From NCBI GenBank assembly GCA_020536535.1, contig JAHLWZ010000972.1, positions 1 through 35,437 of the forward strand: a DNA stretch of 35,437 nucleotides. The letters are read 5' to 3'. Source of the stretch: Pelomyxa schiedti. Its lineage: Eukaryota; Protista; Evosea. Under the pieces are notes generated by a model. That model made no database searches, was not told the origin of the DNA, and saw nothing but the letters and a program-made list of their open reading frames with translations. Positions 32,385 to 35,437 of the stretch are shown one piece after another (positions within the stretch are counted from its first letter, which is position 1; every line of letters begins with the position of its first letter). A program made the position numbers and the translations under genes.

Positions 32385-35213
32385 CTATGAATTGTGCTCA
32401 TCACCACTATTAGGTGGTGATTGTGTGTGTGTTGAAGTTGTGAAGGATGAGGAGTGTGAGAAGTTTGGCGGTTGTTTTGGTTTCAGTGGTGGGGAGTTTG
32501 ATACTGTGGTGTGGGTGTGTTGAATATTTGCTGGAGAAGTAGGGAGTTGCAGTGGTGAGTGGCTGTTCGCCCTGTGGTATTAGTAAGAAACATGTTCAGG
32601 TTCACATTTTTAAGTTATACCATGATGGATGGAACTCCATTTGAGTTGGCATTTCATTTTCTAAAACAGTCTCCAACCCAAAGTCGGCTATTGACTTTTC
32701 CAACTGCAACAATGTTTCCTCGGTTAGCTCCGCAAAGCAATCCTTTACTGTCTGGAGATTTGTAAATTGTAAATTGTAAATTGTAAATTGTAAATTGTAA
32801 ATTGTAAATGGAACTGCCAGTCAAGTGGGAATTCTACCTTCTCCCAACTGGTGTCACAGGGAGCAATTGAAGCCGATCTCAGGAAAATCTCCAGGAAAAG
32901 ATGTCTGAGACACCTAGAGACAATCAATTTCCACATAACCTTTGATAGTAGGTAAAACCTGTTCCACAGGATTCCAAGACCAACAATGTGGATGCGTTCG
33001 CCATTCCCCTGACGCAAGAAAACAAGTAGCTTTTCTTTGAAGGAAAATGCTTTGAACAAATCCTTACAAAATGTAAGTTGCACAAAAACCGGCTCAAAAA
33101 AAGTACCTTTGCAATCTCTTCCCCCACCACAGAGCCATTTTCCACGAAGTGCCATAGTCTTGCTAGCCACACAAGTAGCTCGGCAATTCGATTTACCATG
33201 GTACTGGGTAATCTTATCTAAGAAAAAAAAGTAAGCAATGGGGTGGGAAAGATTCAAACCTTAGCAAAGCATGAATAAAATCTTTGGATTTCCCGCTTTG
33301 CCAAGTGCTCTTTGTGGGAACATGAAATGATTTGCGCTTGAATAAACGCGTCTCGGACAAGTCCAGGAAGTATATGAAGTGTCTTAGCTACAATGTCATG
33401 CTGTGACGTAACAAGCAGTGATGTCTGGTTGTTTTTTTTTTTAAGTTTGGAATAACTATTGTCGTGGTACTTGTTGATGACACGTTTCGCAGGTTGCAAG
33501 TTTCTGCTGTTTCCGTATATGCAAATCATCACTGCCACAATGTGGACAAATAGTAAGGTTGAGCATTGGGAAATGGTTCCCAGACACTGTCTCAAAACAC
33601 CTGCATGTAGAGGTCAAGATAGTGTTCTTAGCTCTTTTACATAAGGTTAGTAATCCTACCCCAGGGAATTTGGTAAGTTCAAGTTTTCCACAGTTTGTTT
33701 GAGTGCAGATCTGTCTTCATCTGTGCTAATATCAGCCTTGTTGATCATGAACATGATTGGCAGGTTCTTGAACAAGGTTTGCCACAGTTGAATTTCAAAA
33801 GGGTGAATGCGAGAGCCTGCCGAGTTGATGACATACCTATCTGGTATTAACGTTTTTGACCCGGAAACTGAACAGGGTGGAATACCATATGACATGAATA
33901 GTCTCTGCAGCGTACTGTGGGTCAGGATCGCCAACATGTTTCAAGGCGAAAAACTCTTTTGCGGATGACAGAAACTCCTCTCCGTGCCCATGCTCAACCC
34001 CTTTGGAGTCATAAACACACACAGGGGAGCCTGGTAATTCATAACACTTGAAATTGGTGGTTATGGGCACTCCTGTTCCAGCTTGGGCAAGATCCATACC
34101 AAACACAGAGTTTATAAGGGAACTCTTCCCAGAACTGGTGGCGGTTAGCGTTCAGTTAAGGGAAAACACTGCACACCCTGTGGGCCCTACAACAAGCACA
34201 TTTGGTTTCTTTGTTCGATGCACAACAGAGGAGTACGCCTCTCTAAAGTCTTGCGCAATGATGGCAGCATCTGGCTGCCAGGTTAGAAGCACTAATATAA
34301 CATTTACTGCCCACCTTGGTTAATGTACGCAGTGAATGAACCATTAAGGATGTCCCCAAGGGCAGCTTCCTCCCCAACACAACTCTCCATTGAAGATGGG
34401 GAGGTTGCCCGTAAGGCAGAAAGAAGAGAGGTGGGAGAGTTGGTTTGCGGAACGGCAGCACTGACGTACTGCTCCAAGGGTTCCTCAGGGGATAGTGACC
34501 TCGATACGGCAGGTGAGTGAGAAGGGGAGTGAGAAGAGGGAGGACTAGAACTGGCCCTGTGCGTATGGGACCGCTCTTTCCTTCTGGAGTGTCTTGAATG
34601 GGAGTGCGAGTGCGAGTGTGAGTGAGAAGGGGAGTGAGAAGAGGGAGGACTAGAACTGGCCCTGTGCGTATGGGACCGCTCTTTCCTTCTGGAGTGTCTT
34701 GAATGGGAGTGCGAGTGCGAGTGTGAGTGATGAGAACGACTGTGCTTCCTAGAGTGGGATCGTGAACGAGAAGATGACGAACGCGAAATCGAGCGGGAGC
34801 GCCTTGGCGCCCCTTCGGTGGAAGCAACTGCACCACTTTCCGCGTCAGAAGCGGGTGAACTCGAAGAAGACGACGGCTCTGGTGAGGACGACGGCTTTCG
34901 CTCGTGCCTGTGCCGCGACGACCGAGAGCGAGAATGTTTGGACTTTGAGTGCGAGTGGTGCCTTCGCGATCTGTGCGCCGAAGAGCCGCCTCCCCCCCCC
35001 CTCCTTGTGTCTGTGCCCCCCGTGGTGCCCGCGGCTCGACGGCCTGCTGCTCTGCGCCCCCTCCGCGGGCTCCCCGCGCCCCGGCGCCTCGTCGGCCGCG
35101 CGGTCCCGCTGCGCCCCTGCATCGCCGTCGCTTTCGGTTGCGGCTGCTGTACCCAGTCCCTGTCGCTTTTCCGCATCGGCCGCCGGATTTGCGGCAGCGT
35201 CGTTGCTTGTCAT
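32385..35213 (-). CDS. P-loop (TRAFAC, MMR_HSR1/YeeP-like) GTPase with zinc ribbon and Arg/Ser/His-rich N-terminus
   Basis: Spliced G1 VVGPTGSGKSSLIN, G2 GVPITT, G3 YDSKG, G4 INKAD, followed by ICPHCGSDDLHIRKQQKLATCETC. The start is either ATG 35213 (needs a 1-nt indel in the C10 run at 34992-35001) or ATG 35176. Confidence 0.8.
32760..32808. repeat. Perfect heptamer tandem repeat (TTGTAAA)x7 inside a GTPase intron
   Basis: Seven exact copies counted directly. Confidence 0.95.
34513..34730 (-). repeat. Perfect 105-nt tandem duplication in coding sequence (35-aa HS/RS repeat)
   Basis: The unit starting at 34513 recurs exactly at 34618. It encodes HSHSHSHSRHSRRKERSHTHRASSSPPSSHSPSHS twice. 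Confidence 0.95.
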
Positions 35214-35437
35214 CGGCAACAGCGTCTCTTCGAAGTTGTGAAATTTTTATTGTAGTTTATTTTTATCTTTCATCTCTCTCTGTCGAGGGGGTTGTGTTTT
35301 TAGCTAACAGGGGAATTAATGTAATTCCAAGTGCCAAACTGGAGACCCACATGGGCCATGTCCGTCACACTAGTCTCCCTTGTGAGTCAACGCCCTTGTT
35401 GTGTGAGTCAAAAGGCAATGGAGGTGAGGAGGGGAGG

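Noticed and set aside
32400-32421. Hairpin ATCACCAC-N6-GTGGTGAT as a terminator
   Set aside because: An 8-bp stem within the last coding exon of a eukaryotic gene is compatible with chance.
32760-32808. CRISPR array or telomere seed
   Set aside because: There are no spacers, the unit is only 7 nt, it is not G-rich and it lies inside an intron. It is a simple microsatellite.
1-35437. Alternative genetic code or widespread pseudogenisation to explain fragmented ORFs
   Set aside because: In the genes traced, the interrupting stops and frame changes fall inside short GT-AG (rarely GC-AG) introns, and genes end in TAA, TAG or TGA normally.

Overview
Gene-dense eukaryotic genomic DNA, not prokaryotic. 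Most genes are split by many short (about 28-90 nt) GT-AG spliceosomal introns, so the ORF track shows only fragments. Gene content, low-complexity Thr/Gly/Pro tracts and tiny introns suggest an amoebozoan-type protist; it resembles an archamoeba such as Pelomyxa, but that is inference only. Manual splicing gives about 14 genes, in order: (1) a partial Pro-rich gene; (2) a bacterial-type phosphomannose-isomerase-like cupin with 11 introns; (3) a cryptic STAT-like/SH2 gene; (4) an intronless ankyrin gene; (5) a myotubularin that may be spliced to a two-TM prokaryote-type DUF6141-like domain; (6) a second, paralogous intronless ankyrin gene; (7) an ankyrin-TKL kinase; (8) a sirtuin lacking its zinc module; (9) a probably catalytically dead GH13 amylase; (10) NOP56 with a histone-H1-like tail; (11) N-myristoyltransferase; (12) AMMECR1; (13) a C2-PARP6/8-like ADP-ribosyltransferase; (14) a P-loop GTPase with a zinc ribbon and an RS/His-rich N-terminus. 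No rRNA, tRNA, CRISPR array or mobile element was seen. All gene models were spliced by eye and family calls come from motif recall, not from database searches.
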